Positions 9,189 through 17,100 of a stretch of 60,209 nt of DNA are shown here, piece after piece (position 1 is the first letter of the stretch; the number at the start of each line of letters is the position of its first letter). The position numbers and the translations under genes were made by a program. The DNA is from Candidatus Pacearchaeota archaeon (GTDB taxonomy: Archaea; Nanobdellota; Nanobdellia; Pacearchaeales; GW2011-AR1), in contig JAGLQO010000003.1 of the NCBI GenBank assembly GCA_023136775.1, positions 1 through 60,209 of the forward strand, read 5' to 3'. The notes beneath the pieces are model-generated. The model did not search any database and was not told the DNA's origin. It saw nothing but the letters and a program-made list of their open reading frames with translations.

Positions 9189-9340
9189 ATTGACATTTTT
9201 TTCTGGTGAAAAAAATCGTCAGAGAAAATCCGCACAGGATTTTAGATTCCAGACCGCTTACCGTACATGCCGCAGACGGTCTGATATATTTAGGGAATTT
9301 GTTACAAATTCCCGTTATTCGGAGTGAATGCTATGTAACC
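9189..9340 (+). ncRNA. Stop-codon-proximal structured element, short form, copy A
   Basis: P1 TTGAC-A-T7-CTGGTG-A7-TC-GTCAG. P2 AAAATCC/GGATTTT. P3 CAGACCG/CGGTCTG around CTTACCG..CGCAGA. P4 GGGAATTTG/CAAATTCCC. Starts 3 nt after the rhomboid stop. Confidence 0.7.
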
Positions 9341-9476
9341 TATTTGATTTCTCATACTCTCAATTAGATTCCCAACTAAAGATGACCCTAGTGCCATGAA
9401 TATATCTCGCCGTTTGTCGACACCTTCGGTTTTTTATTTTGGTAAGATTGATAAAGGTTATTTTCTTTATTGATTT

Positions 9477-10055
9477 ATGAAAAAGAGTTGGTTGAAGGAA
9501 AATTATATTGCGTGTTTTAAATTTTTTAAAGAAAGTGAAAAACACATTTTATTTGCAACTTTATTATTTTTTATAACTGCATTTATTGGATTTTTATTTC
9601 CTATTTTTTTTAGAGAACAAATTATAGATATAATGACTCAAATGATTGGTCTTTTAGATGGAAAATCTGCGTTTGAACTCGTGTCATTAATTTTTTTCAA
9701 TAATATGAAAGCTAGTTTTATGGCGATGGTTCTTGGAATTGCTATTGGTATTTTTCCAATCTTTACGGGAATTGTTAATGGATATATACTTGGATTTGTT
9801 TCTAGGCAGGTAGTGGCTGTCGAGGGGATTTGGGTTATGTGGCAACTTCTTCCTCATGGAATTTTTGAAATCCCTGCAATTTTATTTTCAATTGGGATTG
9901 GGGTAAAAATTGGGACTGATTTATTTAAAGAAAAAGCGAAAGAAAAGCTTCGGAAAAATTTCAGAGAAGGGTTAAGGTTTTTTGTTTTTGTTGTGTTCCC
10001 GCTTTTACTTATTGCTGGGATTATTGAAGGATTACTAATAGCCATACTCGGCTAG
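9477..10055 (+). CDS. SpoIIM-like (DUF95) membrane protein
   Basis: TM-rich ORF. LLPHGIFEIPAILFSIGIG is typical of the stage II sporulation protein M family. Confidence 0.7.
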   Translation: MKKSWLKENYIACFKFFKESEKHILFATLLFFITAFIGFLFPIFFREQIIDIMTQMIGLLDGKSAFELVSLIFFNNMKASFMAMVLGIAIGIFPIFTGIVNGYILGFVSRQVVAVEGIWVMWQLLPHGIFEIPAILFSIGIGVKIGTDLFKEKAKEKLRKNFREGLRFFVFVVFPLLLIAGIIEGLLIAILG

Positions 10056-10122
10056 TTGGTAGTGGGTAGTTGGCAGTTGGTAGTAGGCAGTGAAAGACAT
10101 TGTTGCGTCGTTTTTCGACGCT
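10053..10122 (+). repeat. R-motif copy 1: G/T-rich degenerate short tandem repeats plus conserved CATTGTTGCGTCGTTTTTCGACGCT
   Basis: Shares 24 of 25 nt with 58684-58708 and is identical to 11701-11725. Hairpin GCGTCG-TTTTT-CGACGC followed by a T-rich run. Confidence 0.7.
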
Positions 10123-10150
10123 TTTGTATTAGAAGTGAATGCCATATAAC

Positions 10151-10224
10151 ATTTAAAAAAATTGATTTAGACTTTTTTGTTTTCCGTAATTATTCAAGAC
10201 CCAAGATTCTTTTCTTATATCTTC
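10151..10224. repeat. 74-bp perfect duplicate of the 3' end of the nre-like gene (partner 10448-10521)
   Basis: Identical string atttaaaaaaattgatttagac...cttatatcttc at both positions. The two copies bracket element copy B. Confidence 0.9.
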
Positions 10225-10230
10225 ATAATA

Positions 10231-10446
10231 TCAACATTTTTCCTGGTGAAAAAATCGTTGAGAAAATTCTGCAGGAATTTTAAATTCCGAACCGCTTACC
10301 GTCAAGGCCGCAGACGGTTCGATATAATTCTTTAGGAGAACTTCGTTCTCATATTTTGCAGCTGGCATTTTCTTAACGGGCGTTGCCCTAAAAATACACA
10401 GGCTGCCGACTTGGCTGTTCAATTGCGAAATAATTTTCGCTCCAAC
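10231..10446 (+). ncRNA. Structured element, long form, copy B
   Basis: P1 TCAAC/GTTGA. P2 AAAATTC/GAATTTT. P3 CGAACCG/CGGTTCG. P4 GAGAAC/GTTCTC. An extra 3' domain has hairpins GGGC-GTT-GCCC and GCGAAA-TAA-TTTTCGC. Confidence 0.7.
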
Positions 10447-10449
10447 AAT

Positions 10450-11649
10450 TTAAAAAAATTGATTTAGACTTTTTTGTTTTCCGTAATTATTCAAGACCCA
10501 AGATTCTTTTCTTATATCTTCCATGTTAATATCGATTCTAGTTTGCATATTTTTTATTGCGTCATCGATTGAGTCGAAATATTTTGGCTCGTTTTTGAAA
10601 GTTCTTCTGGCTGTTTCTCTTACTACTCCAACTCCTAGTGGTGCGTAATATTCTGCCCTGATTTCCCTGAAGATGAAAACTGTGGCTTGTCGTTTTATTT
10701 TTTCTAGGTATTCTGTTAGGGGAAGTCTCATTGCGTAATAACCGCCTGTGATGTTTGAGGCGTATTTTGTTCGACCTTTGAAAGATTCGTAATCTTGAGA
10801 AATAACAGTTTTATCTCCGACGTAAAAGTTTCCGGCTTTCCATGCTTCAATTGCGTCAAATGTAAAATATCCTGGAAGAAGTAAGGCTTCTATATAATTA
10901 CCGACGAAGTTTCCTGAGAAAAGCATTATTTGATTAATCTCTGGGTAGAATCTTATTTTTTCTAAATGTTGTTTTGATATTGTGTCGTCGGTTGCGGTGA
11001 TGCTCCATCTAGTTGGGACCATTCTTCTTCGAATTTTTTTACCGAGCAAACCGATGGATAATAATTTTTGTAGATGATCAACTTTTGTGTTTGATTTATA
11101 TAATTCCTTTAGGGCATCAGTTGCTTTGACGTCGTAGTCGCTGGTCAAATAATCAACTTTCTTTGAGACTTTTACGTTCTCTTCTAGGATTGCTTTTTTT
11201 ATTGGTGCGGGATTTGTCATCGGTCTAAAAACTGAGTCTGGGGTAAATTCCATTGTTGGTTTTCTTTTTAGAAAAATTTCTGTCGAGACTGGTTTTGAAG
11301 AAAGAGCCAATTCTTTTGTAACGGACTTTAACCTATCATCTATTTTGATATGGGATTTTGATTTGCCATAAATTAATTGTCCTCTTAATCTAAGTACATT
11401 TGCTATTGAGAAATTGCTTTTGCTCCACTCTTCGGCTGTTGCGAAATTTGAAACGTTGTCATTATCTTGCGGGGTTAAGATTCCGGAATTAATATAGGGA
11501 TAGCCAATTCTTCCTACAAAAAGTTCTGGGGCTGATTTTCCAGAGAAATGTAATTTTGGTTTTGGGGCGTTGTCAATAAATTTATTTAAAATCTTGCAAG
11601 GCTTTCCACACATTCCTTTTCCTTTGCATTTGATACATAGATTATCCAT
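10450..11649 (-). CDS. NreA-like protein (archaeal Nre family, DUF650/DUF651)
   Basis: N-terminal LCIKCKGKGMCGKPCKIL Cys cluster and about 400 aa length fit my memory of Nre. I use the ATG at 11649 because the upstream extension runs through repeat R2. Confidence 0.55.
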   Translation of the reverse strand: MDNLCIKCKGKGMCGKPCKILNKFIDNAPKPKLHFSGKSAPELFVGRIGYPYINSGILTPQDNDNVSNFATAEEWSKSNFSIANVLRLRGQLIYGKSKSHIKIDDRLKSVTKELALSSKPVSTEIFLKRKPTMEFTPDSVFRPMTNPAPIKKAILEENVKVSKKVDYLTSDYDVKATDALKELYKSNTKVDHLQKLLSIGLLGKKIRRRMVPTRWSITATDDTISKQHLEKIRFYPEINQIMLFSGNFVGNYIEALLLPGYFTFDAIEAWKAGNFYVGDKTVISQDYESFKGRTKYASNITGGYYAMRLPLTEYLEKIKRQATVFIFREIRAEYYAPLGVGVVRETARRTFKNEPKYFDSIDDAIKNMQTRIDINMEDIRKESWVLNNYGKQKSLNQFF

Positions 11650-12112
11650 GGGATAATCTGCTTGTAGTTTGTGGCTGATAGTTTGTGGTTCTTTCCAATG
11701 CATTGTTGCGTCGTTTTTCGACGCTATTTATTTTTCTGTTTTCAAGCCTTAGTTTAATTGAATTATTAATTATTTTGATTAGACTTGATAATTTTAGTCC
11801 TATTGATTGTATATCTTGATTTAACTTCTCAAATTGTTCGTTAGATATATAATTTAAATCTCTTGACATTAATAAAAAATTCTCACACTCTTTTAGGCTT
11901 CCCATTGCTATATGTAAAAATCTTAGAAAATCTTTGTCCGAGTTTCTTCCTGTGCCTTCTGCTATGTTTGCTGAAATACTCAGAGAGGCTCGTCTTAATT
12001 GTGAAGTTATAGAATACATTTCTTCTCTAGGGAAATTTTTTGTTATTTTATAAACTTCTTTCCCAAATTCAAAGGATAGCTTCCATGTTTGTAATTTTTT
12101 AAAATCCTGCAT
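11642..12112 (-). CDS. Four-helix-bundle protein (23S rRNA intervening-sequence protein / Avd-like, PF05635-like)
   Basis: SITSQLRRASLSISANIAEG and MGSLKECENFL are characteristic. The last ~30 codons read through repeat R2, so the true C-terminus is uncertain. Confidence 0.75.
   Translation of the reverse strand: MQDFKKLQTWKLSFEFGKEVYKITKNFPREEMYSITSQLRRASLSISANIAEGTGRNSDKDFLRFLHIAMGSLKECENFLLMSRDLNYISNEQFEKLNQDIQSIGLKLSSLIKIINNSIKLRLENRKINSVEKRRNNALERTTNYQPQTTSRLSHG
11665..11725 (+). repeat. R-motif copy 2
   Basis: TAGTTTGTGG repeated twice, then CATTGTTGCGTCGTTTTTCGACGCT. Confidence 0.7.
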
Positions 12113-12197
12113 AGTATAATAATGAATCCTTTGGATTCACTGTTTGTGACTTGTCCAACTATCTCTTTTTACTTTCAACTTAAGATAGGCAATTTAC

Positions 12198-12383
12198 TTA
12201 TTCTTTCAAACTAGTAAATCCAACTACTAAAGAAACTAATCCTGCTAAAAGCATGACCCACATGAGGCCGCCTTTTAGGAAAACTAGAGCTGCGTCACCG
12301 AAGCCTTTGAAGTTAATAATCCAAGCGTAAACTGGGGAAAGTAATACCACCAATCCAACTAATATTCCGACGAATTTATTCAT
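12198..12383 (-). CDS. Small two-TM membrane protein
   Basis: 61-aa hydrophobic ORF. Confidence 0.4.
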   Translation of the reverse strand: MNKFVGILVGLVVLLSPVYAWIINFKGFGDAALVFLKGGLMWVMLLAGLVSLVVGFTSLKE

Positions 12384-12436
12384 GTTAAAAATTAGAGTAA
12401 TTTCTTTATAAGAATTATGCAGATTAATTAGGTATA

Positions 12437-12560
12437 TTGGAGCAAAGCGATTGAGTTGACCAAATTACGGGAGCGAAGGAATCTGAGCGATATGAGCGAG
12501 TGTTGGAACGAAGTGGTAGCTAAGCGAATAAATACGATAAGGCGTGAGCCTTATCTAAAT
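12437..12560 (-). repeat. Decayed long-form element fragment (P4-like hairpin plus 3' domain)
   Basis: Minus strand reads GATAAGGC-TCAC-GCCTTATC, GTATTTATTCGC ... AATCGCTTTGCTCCAA. Same layout as 4651-4768. Confidence 0.5.
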
Positions 12561-12604
12561 TGCTTTCTAGTTAATTTTATAAAGTTTTGAGGGTTAGGAA
12601 TTTT

Positions 12605-12889
12605 ATGAAGAAGGTGATTGGTTACGGAATTTCTGTTGCAGGTATTGCAACTATGGTAATTGGATTTGGAATGGTTAATGTTCCTTGGGAATTCGTAAAA
12701 ACTATTGGTTCAAAAATTCTAGTGATGATTGGAGTTGGTGCGATTGCTGTTGGTGTGATTATTGCTTTGAAGTTTGGTGGAAGTTCTAGTAAAAAAACTT
12801 CTAGGGTAAAAAGTTCTGGTGAAAAAGAGGTTCCAATTTACGAAGGAACTGGGAAAAATAGAAAAGTTATTGGATATAGAAATGATTGA
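12605..12889 (+). CDS. Small membrane protein
   Basis: ATG at 12605 (MKKVIGYG...). Two TM segments and a charged tail. Confidence 0.5.
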   Translation: MKKVIGYGISVAGIATMVIGFGMVNVPWEFVKTIGSKILVMIGVGAIAVGVIIALKFGGSSSKKTSRVKSSGEKEVPIYEGTGKNRKVIGYRND

Positions 12890-12893
12890 AACA

Positions 12894-13040
12894 GTTGGCT
12901 TTTTTTCTGGTGAAAAAAATACCAGGTGAAATCCGCAAAGATTTCTAGATTCCGAACCGCTTACCGTCACGCCGCAGACTGGTTCGATATATTTAGTGCG
13001 AATATTTATTCGCACGTTCTTGGAAGTGGATGTTATTTTA
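12894..13040 (+). ncRNA. Structured element, short form, copy C
   Basis: P1 outer TTGG/CCAG. P2 GAAATC/GATTTC. P3 CGAACC/GGTTCG. P4 GTGCGAAT/ATTCGCAC. Starts 4 nt after the stop. Confidence 0.65.
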
Positions 13041-13128
13041 TTTTGGAGATTTTAGTTTAGATATAAATATAGACGTATGAATTATTAGTTATCTAAATAT
13101 TTATAAAGAATTTATTACTTATTTTGTT

Positions 13129-13902
13129 ATGAAAAGGATGTTGAGTATTTTTGTTTTGGGATTAATTTTATTTTCATCTGGTATGAGCCTTGTTAGTGCG
13201 GCAACTGGACCAGTTGATGTTATTCAAGGTGTTGTTAGTGGTGCTTATGAATTAGTAAGACCTGTTTTAGAGGGAATAATTGGAGATACTGATACTGCAG
13301 AATTCTTTTTAGCTAAAATTTTATTTTTAGTAATTATTTTTGCAATTATTTATAAGAGTTTAGAAAAAATTCCATTCTTTAGTAGCTCTAATACAAAATG
13401 GGTATTATGGGTGGTTAGTATTTCTGTTTCTATATTATCAATCAGATGGTTTGGAGATTCAGAAATTATTCGGACTGTTATACTTCCATATTCTGCACTT
13501 GGAATAGCTATAACTGCTGGTATTCCGTTTGTAGTTTGGTTCACGATAACAGAATTTAGTAATATGTTAAGAATATATAGGAAAATAAGTTGGATTTTCT
13601 TTATTGTTATATTCACTTCATTGTCTTTAATGAGAAGAGATGCAGGGTTTTCATATATATATTCAATAACAGCTATCCTTGGATTTATTGCAATGATGAC
13701 GGATGCTCAAATACAAAGACTTAAACATGCGGCAAAACTAGAAAAGACTAGGACATATGCAAATAAAACTTTACTTGATAAATTAAGGGACAAGCTAAAA
13801 GATGCTGATGACAGATATTCTAGAGGAGATATTGACCATGAAGAATTTGAAAAGCGTGTTAAAGAATTGAAAATAAAAATAAATCATTTATCTGTAAAAT
13901 AA
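13129..13902 (+). CDS. Signal-peptide multi-TM protein with a SHOCT-like C-terminal helix (paralogue 1)
   Basis: Signal peptide and 4-5 TM segments. C-terminal RGDIDHEEFEKRVKELK. Alignable with 13941..14699 and 18382..19167. Confidence 0.6.
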   Translation: MKRMLSIFVLGLILFSSGMSLVSAATGPVDVIQGVVSGAYELVRPVLEGIIGDTDTAEFFLAKILFLVIIFAIIYKSLEKIPFFSSSNTKWVLWVVSISVSILSIRWFGDSEIIRTVILPYSALGIAITAGIPFVVWFTITEFSNMLRIYRKISWIFFIVIFTSLSLMRRDAGFSYIYSITAILGFIAMMTDAQIQRLKHAAKLEKTRTYANKTLLDKLRDKLKDADDRYSRGDIDHEEFEKRVKELKIKINHLSVK

Positions 13903-13940
13903 TTCCTAACTTTTATAAACTTCAAACGCTCTTAACAAAT

Positions 13941-14699
13941 ATGAAAAAATTACTTAGTATATCACCATTTATTTTATCTATGATAACTTTAGTTTCTGCT
14001 CAAAACAATGTCGCCACTGGACTTAGTAAAGGAATGAGTCAAGTGATTGGAATGATTGAAGGACTACTTGGACCATTTTTTTCTGCAATATTTGGTGGTG
14101 GGTCTGGGATGCTTTTTGAAAAAGTTTTATTCTTGGCAATTATTTTGACAACTGTTTATATGATTGTGAAAAAAATGCCCGTATTTGGCAATAAAGAACC
14201 TGTTATCTGGATTGTTTCAATTTCAATATCCCTTCTTTCTACAAGATTTATGTCTGCAGAAATGATTCAAACTATGCTCTTGCCATATTCAACTTTAGGA
14301 ATAGCTTTAACAGCTGCACTACCTCTATTGATTTTCTTTGCATTTGTGTATAATAATGGCTTTACGGAAACTGTAAGAAGAACTTTATGGATATTTTATA
14401 TTGTTATATTTTTAACAGTTTGGGGGACCAGATATGATACAGTAGGAGATATAGCTTGGATATATCTAGCGAGTGCTGGAATAGCATTCCTATTTTTCTT
14501 ATGGGATGGAAGAATACAAAAAATAATATTAGCTCAAGGACGAGAAAAATTAAATCAAGATATAAGGGAAGATAGAGCTATTCAAATAAGAAGAAGACTA
14601 AAAGAACTTGAAAGGGATAATAATGAAGGAATTGTAACTCCGGAAAGATATAAGAAAAAAAGAAAAGAACTTGAAGAACGTCTTGCAAACACTCATTGA
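13941..14699 (+). CDS. Signal-peptide multi-TM protein with a SHOCT-like C-terminal helix (paralogue 2)
   Basis: EKVLFLAIILTTVYMIVKKMPVF...LLPYSTLGIALTAALP parallels paralogue 1. C-terminal EGIVTPERYKKKRKELEERL. Confidence 0.6.
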   Translation: MKKLLSISPFILSMITLVSAQNNVATGLSKGMSQVIGMIEGLLGPFFSAIFGGGSGMLFEKVLFLAIILTTVYMIVKKMPVFGNKEPVIWIVSISISLLSTRFMSAEMIQTMLLPYSTLGIALTAALPLLIFFAFVYNNGFTETVRRTLWIFYIVIFLTVWGTRYDTVGDIAWIYLASAGIAFLFFLWDGRIQKIILAQGREKLNQDIREDRAIQIRRRLKELERDNNEGIVTPERYKKKRKELEERLANTH

Positions 14700-14707
14700 T
14701 ATGTAAC

Positions 14708-15889
14708 CTAATACAACTCATCAGCACTTTCATAAATCTCTTGCTCATAAATTCCTTCAGGCTTTTTTTCCATATCTCTTTTGATTAACAAAATTAATAA
14801 TAACATAACCAAAATTCCGATTCCAAGAAATAATAAAATAATCCAACCAAGCATTGACTTAGGTTTACTAGATGACAAAATTATTTCTTCAATAGTTCCA
14901 TTAACTTCTTCGTAATAATTATTTGGAATTATAATTTCGTCATCTTCTTCCTCATCGTTATTACTTGATTTCTTTCTAACTTTAAATGTCACTTTTGAAC
15001 TTCCAACATTTCCAACATCATCAGTCGCATAAACAATTAACTCATGAGTCCCATAGCTTACTCTGTCCTCATAAGTAAAAATATAATCTGCAATCTTATC
15101 CATTGAGACATTATCTTCTCCATCCAAACTAAATTTAACATCAGCATTTTCGTTTAATTGAACTTTGAATAATCTATCTTTAGAATAATAAGTTTTAGCT
15201 TTTGGAAAAATAATTATTACTTGTGGAGCAGTCGTGTCTAGCTCTTCTACGACCGTTACTGTTCTTGTAACTTGCGTTGCATTATTTCCTGCGGCGTCTT
15301 GAACATTGTAAGTAATTATGTAGGTTTCTAAAACTGATGTATTTACTGGATTAACTATTACTATTGAAGAGGTTATGTCGCCATCTACGGTGTCGTTGGC
15401 TGTTGCACCTGCGTCTGTATAATTTGAATCTAATAAAATTATGATTGGATTGTCTCCTAGTAGTGTGATTATTGGGGCGGTTGTGTCTTGGGGAGTTTGG
15501 GCTGGATTAACTGTTAAATATAATAAATCTGTTTTAATATTATTCTCAGAATCCACTACTTGAATTATAATTTTAAACGAACCCGCAGAATACATATCTG
15601 GAGTTATTATAAAAGTATTACTGTAAATACCGTTAGAGGTACTTGTTGAACCAAATTCATGAATTAAGTTATCTTCAGAATCATATAAATTAACATTTAC
15701 ATTTATAGAAGGGATGTTTGATATTGCAAATACTTTAAATTCAATACTTTCCCCGTCATTTATGGAGATAACTTCAGTTTGATCTTCCCATAACGCATAG
15801 CTGGATAATGCACTTGTAAAATTAATCAAAATTAATCCTAATAGTAATGATGTAAGAAATTTAATATTCATCTTAATTTTTTTCTCCAT
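14708..15889 (-). CDS. Secreted, C-terminally TM-anchored protein with a DUF5011-like Ig domain
   Basis: TAPIITLLGDNP...YTDAGATANDTVDGDIT...YNVQDAAGNNATQVTRTV. C-terminal TM segment. The start may be the ATG at 15871. Confidence 0.65.
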   Translation of the reverse strand: MEKKIKMNIKFLTSLLLGLILINFTSALSSYALWEDQTEVISINDGESIEFKVFAISNIPSINVNVNLYDSEDNLIHEFGSTSTSNGIYSNTFIITPDMYSAGSFKIIIQVVDSENNIKTDLLYLTVNPAQTPQDTTAPIITLLGDNPIIILLDSNYTDAGATANDTVDGDITSSIVIVNPVNTSVLETYIITYNVQDAAGNNATQVTRTVTVVEELDTTAPQVIIIFPKAKTYYSKDRLFKVQLNENADVKFSLDGEDNVSMDKIADYIFTYEDRVSYGTHELIVYATDDVGNVGSSKVTFKVRKKSSNNDEEEDDEIIIPNNYYEEVNGTIEEIILSSSKPKSMLGWIILLFLGIGILVMLLLILLIKRDMEKKPEGIYEQEIYESADELY

Positions 15890-17024
15890 TAACTTCTGCT
15901 AATGCTCTTTGTTGCTGTGTTGCTGCTCTACTTTTTTGAAAATTTGGGAGGCTATATTTTACTTGGAAAGCTACTGATGGGTCAAGCTTTGTATCAAGTG
16001 AGGCGTAAAGTCCAATCCCTATGTTTTTGCTGATAAGCTCGGCTCCAATTCTAGCATATCCTCTAAAATCTGTTCCAGAATTTTCTGTGTTACTTTGATC
16101 CATAATCATTCCATTATGTGAAACACTATCGAACTGGTTTGTTGTGTAATTAAAAATACTAAATCCACCTCCACCAGAGGCATAAAGAGAAATATCTTCA
16201 TTTATTGGTCCTCCAATTTTAAAATCTCCTCCGATTCTTGTATTTATTACTTTTTTCAATGTCTCATTTTTATTCATAACTATGTTGTATGCCGGGTCTT
16301 CTATTCTTTCTTCACTTAACAATTCGCCATTTTCAAGTCCACTTAGAAAACCTGCGTTAAAAGAAAATCCTAAATTTTTCCCATAAAAACCGAAATCAAA
16401 TTCTCCACCTGCTAGGTCTCCAAATTCTTTTGAGTTTGAATATATTGGTCCAGCAGAAAGTACTAATCTATTGTCACTTACTTCTTTTTCTAAAGTGTTT
16501 ACAGATTTTTTACCTTGCTCTCTATAGAAATCAGCTAAGGTATTATCCCATTGACTTGTAAATTCATTATCTTTAAAAATTAATCCGCCATTTTTTATAA
16601 ATTCTCCTTCTGTAGCATAATCAAATGCAAATTTTCTTGGATTTGTGCTATCTGTAACATCTCCATCCATATTCCAAAATGTTTGTTTCCCGTATCTAAC
16701 ATTATCATTACTAGCTAAAGTTGCAAAATTCTCTCCAGTTTCTGGATTAACAAAAATATTATATTCTCTCTCGGCCCCACCAAGTTCGTCCTTTGGGTGA
16801 GTATTTGTAGCTAAAAAACTTCCAGCTAAAACATATTCACTAAAATCAAATTCTTGACCAGAAGGGTGCATAAAATCTCCAGCAGGAATCTTAGTCCCAT
16901 AATCGGTTCTAATTTGTGCCTCTCTAACACTTTCTTCTAAAGATTTATCTTGAGCTCCAGAGGCGAACACGCTAGCTATTCCACCCAAAAGAAATGCTCC
17001 TGTTAATAATGCTTTTTTTACCAT
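15873..17024 (-). CDS. Secreted protein whose C-terminal half resembles an OMP-type beta-barrel
   Basis: Signal peptide MVKKALLTGAFLLGGIASVFA. Alternating amphipathic strands rich in G/Y/F (GFSFNAGFLSG, LYASGGGGFSIFNY, SVAFQVKYSL). Confidence 0.5.
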   Translation of the reverse strand: MVKKALLTGAFLLGGIASVFASGAQDKSLEESVREAQIRTDYGTKIPAGDFMHPSGQEFDFSEYVLAGSFLATNTHPKDELGGAEREYNIFVNPETGENFATLASNDNVRYGKQTFWNMDGDVTDSTNPRKFAFDYATEGEFIKNGGLIFKDNEFTSQWDNTLADFYREQGKKSVNTLEKEVSDNRLVLSAGPIYSNSKEFGDLAGGEFDFGFYGKNLGFSFNAGFLSGLENGELLSEERIEDPAYNIVMNKNETLKKVINTRIGGDFKIGGPINEDISLYASGGGGFSIFNYTTNQFDSVSHNGMIMDQSNTENSGTDFRGYARIGAELISKNIGIGLYASLDTKLDPSVAFQVKYSLPNFQKSRAATQQQRALAEVNGEKN

Positions 17025-17100
17025 TCTAAAGTGATACAATTATTGTTTATAAGTTTTTCTGTTTGTTGTTATTTTAAAGTGACACTGATTTAGAGAGAAA

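Noticed and set aside
9189-9225. TTGACA read as a bacterial -35 promoter box.
   Set aside because: The gene content is archaeal. There is no -10 box at the right spacing, and TTGAC pairs with GTCAG as the outer stem of P1 and covaries (TCAAC/GTTGA in copy B).
9250-9295. P3 region as an H/ACA guide RNA (lower stem, internal loop, ATA box) or as group II intron domain V (GAACCG...CGGTTC resembles GAGCCG...CGGTTC).
   Set aside because: The segment between CTTACCG and CGCAGA is only 6-8 nt, which is too short for an H/ACA upper stem with a K-turn. No other group II domains are present, and the whole element is only 150-290 nt.
9189-9340. Integron attC sites (structured sites immediately downstream of ORFs).
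   Set aside because: The flanking genes are dispersed core genes (rhomboid, tfs, leuS), not a cassette array. There are no RYYYAAC/GTTRRRY cores and no integrase.
10056-10283. Track ORFs 10056..10283 and 58558..58773, which share the peptide HCCVV(F/C)RRFC.
   Set aside because: The shared peptide is only the translation of the conserved DNA motif CATTGTTGCGTCGTTTTTCGACGC. The rest is translated tandem repeat with an implausible composition.
10231-10422. Minus-strand ORFs inside element copies (10231..10422 and 12719..13015), which share YIEP...TVSGSE.
   Set aside because: The similarity is confined to the conserved DNA. The other copies have stops in that frame, and substitutions are compensatory in stems rather than synonymous.
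10151-12112. Diversity-generating retroelement (an Avd-like four-helix-bundle gene plus a 74-bp repeat of a gene 3' end that could be a TR/VR pair).
   Set aside because: No reverse transcriptase is in the window. The two 74-bp copies are identical rather than differing at adenines, and the repeat is the extreme C-terminus and stop of a non-surface protein.
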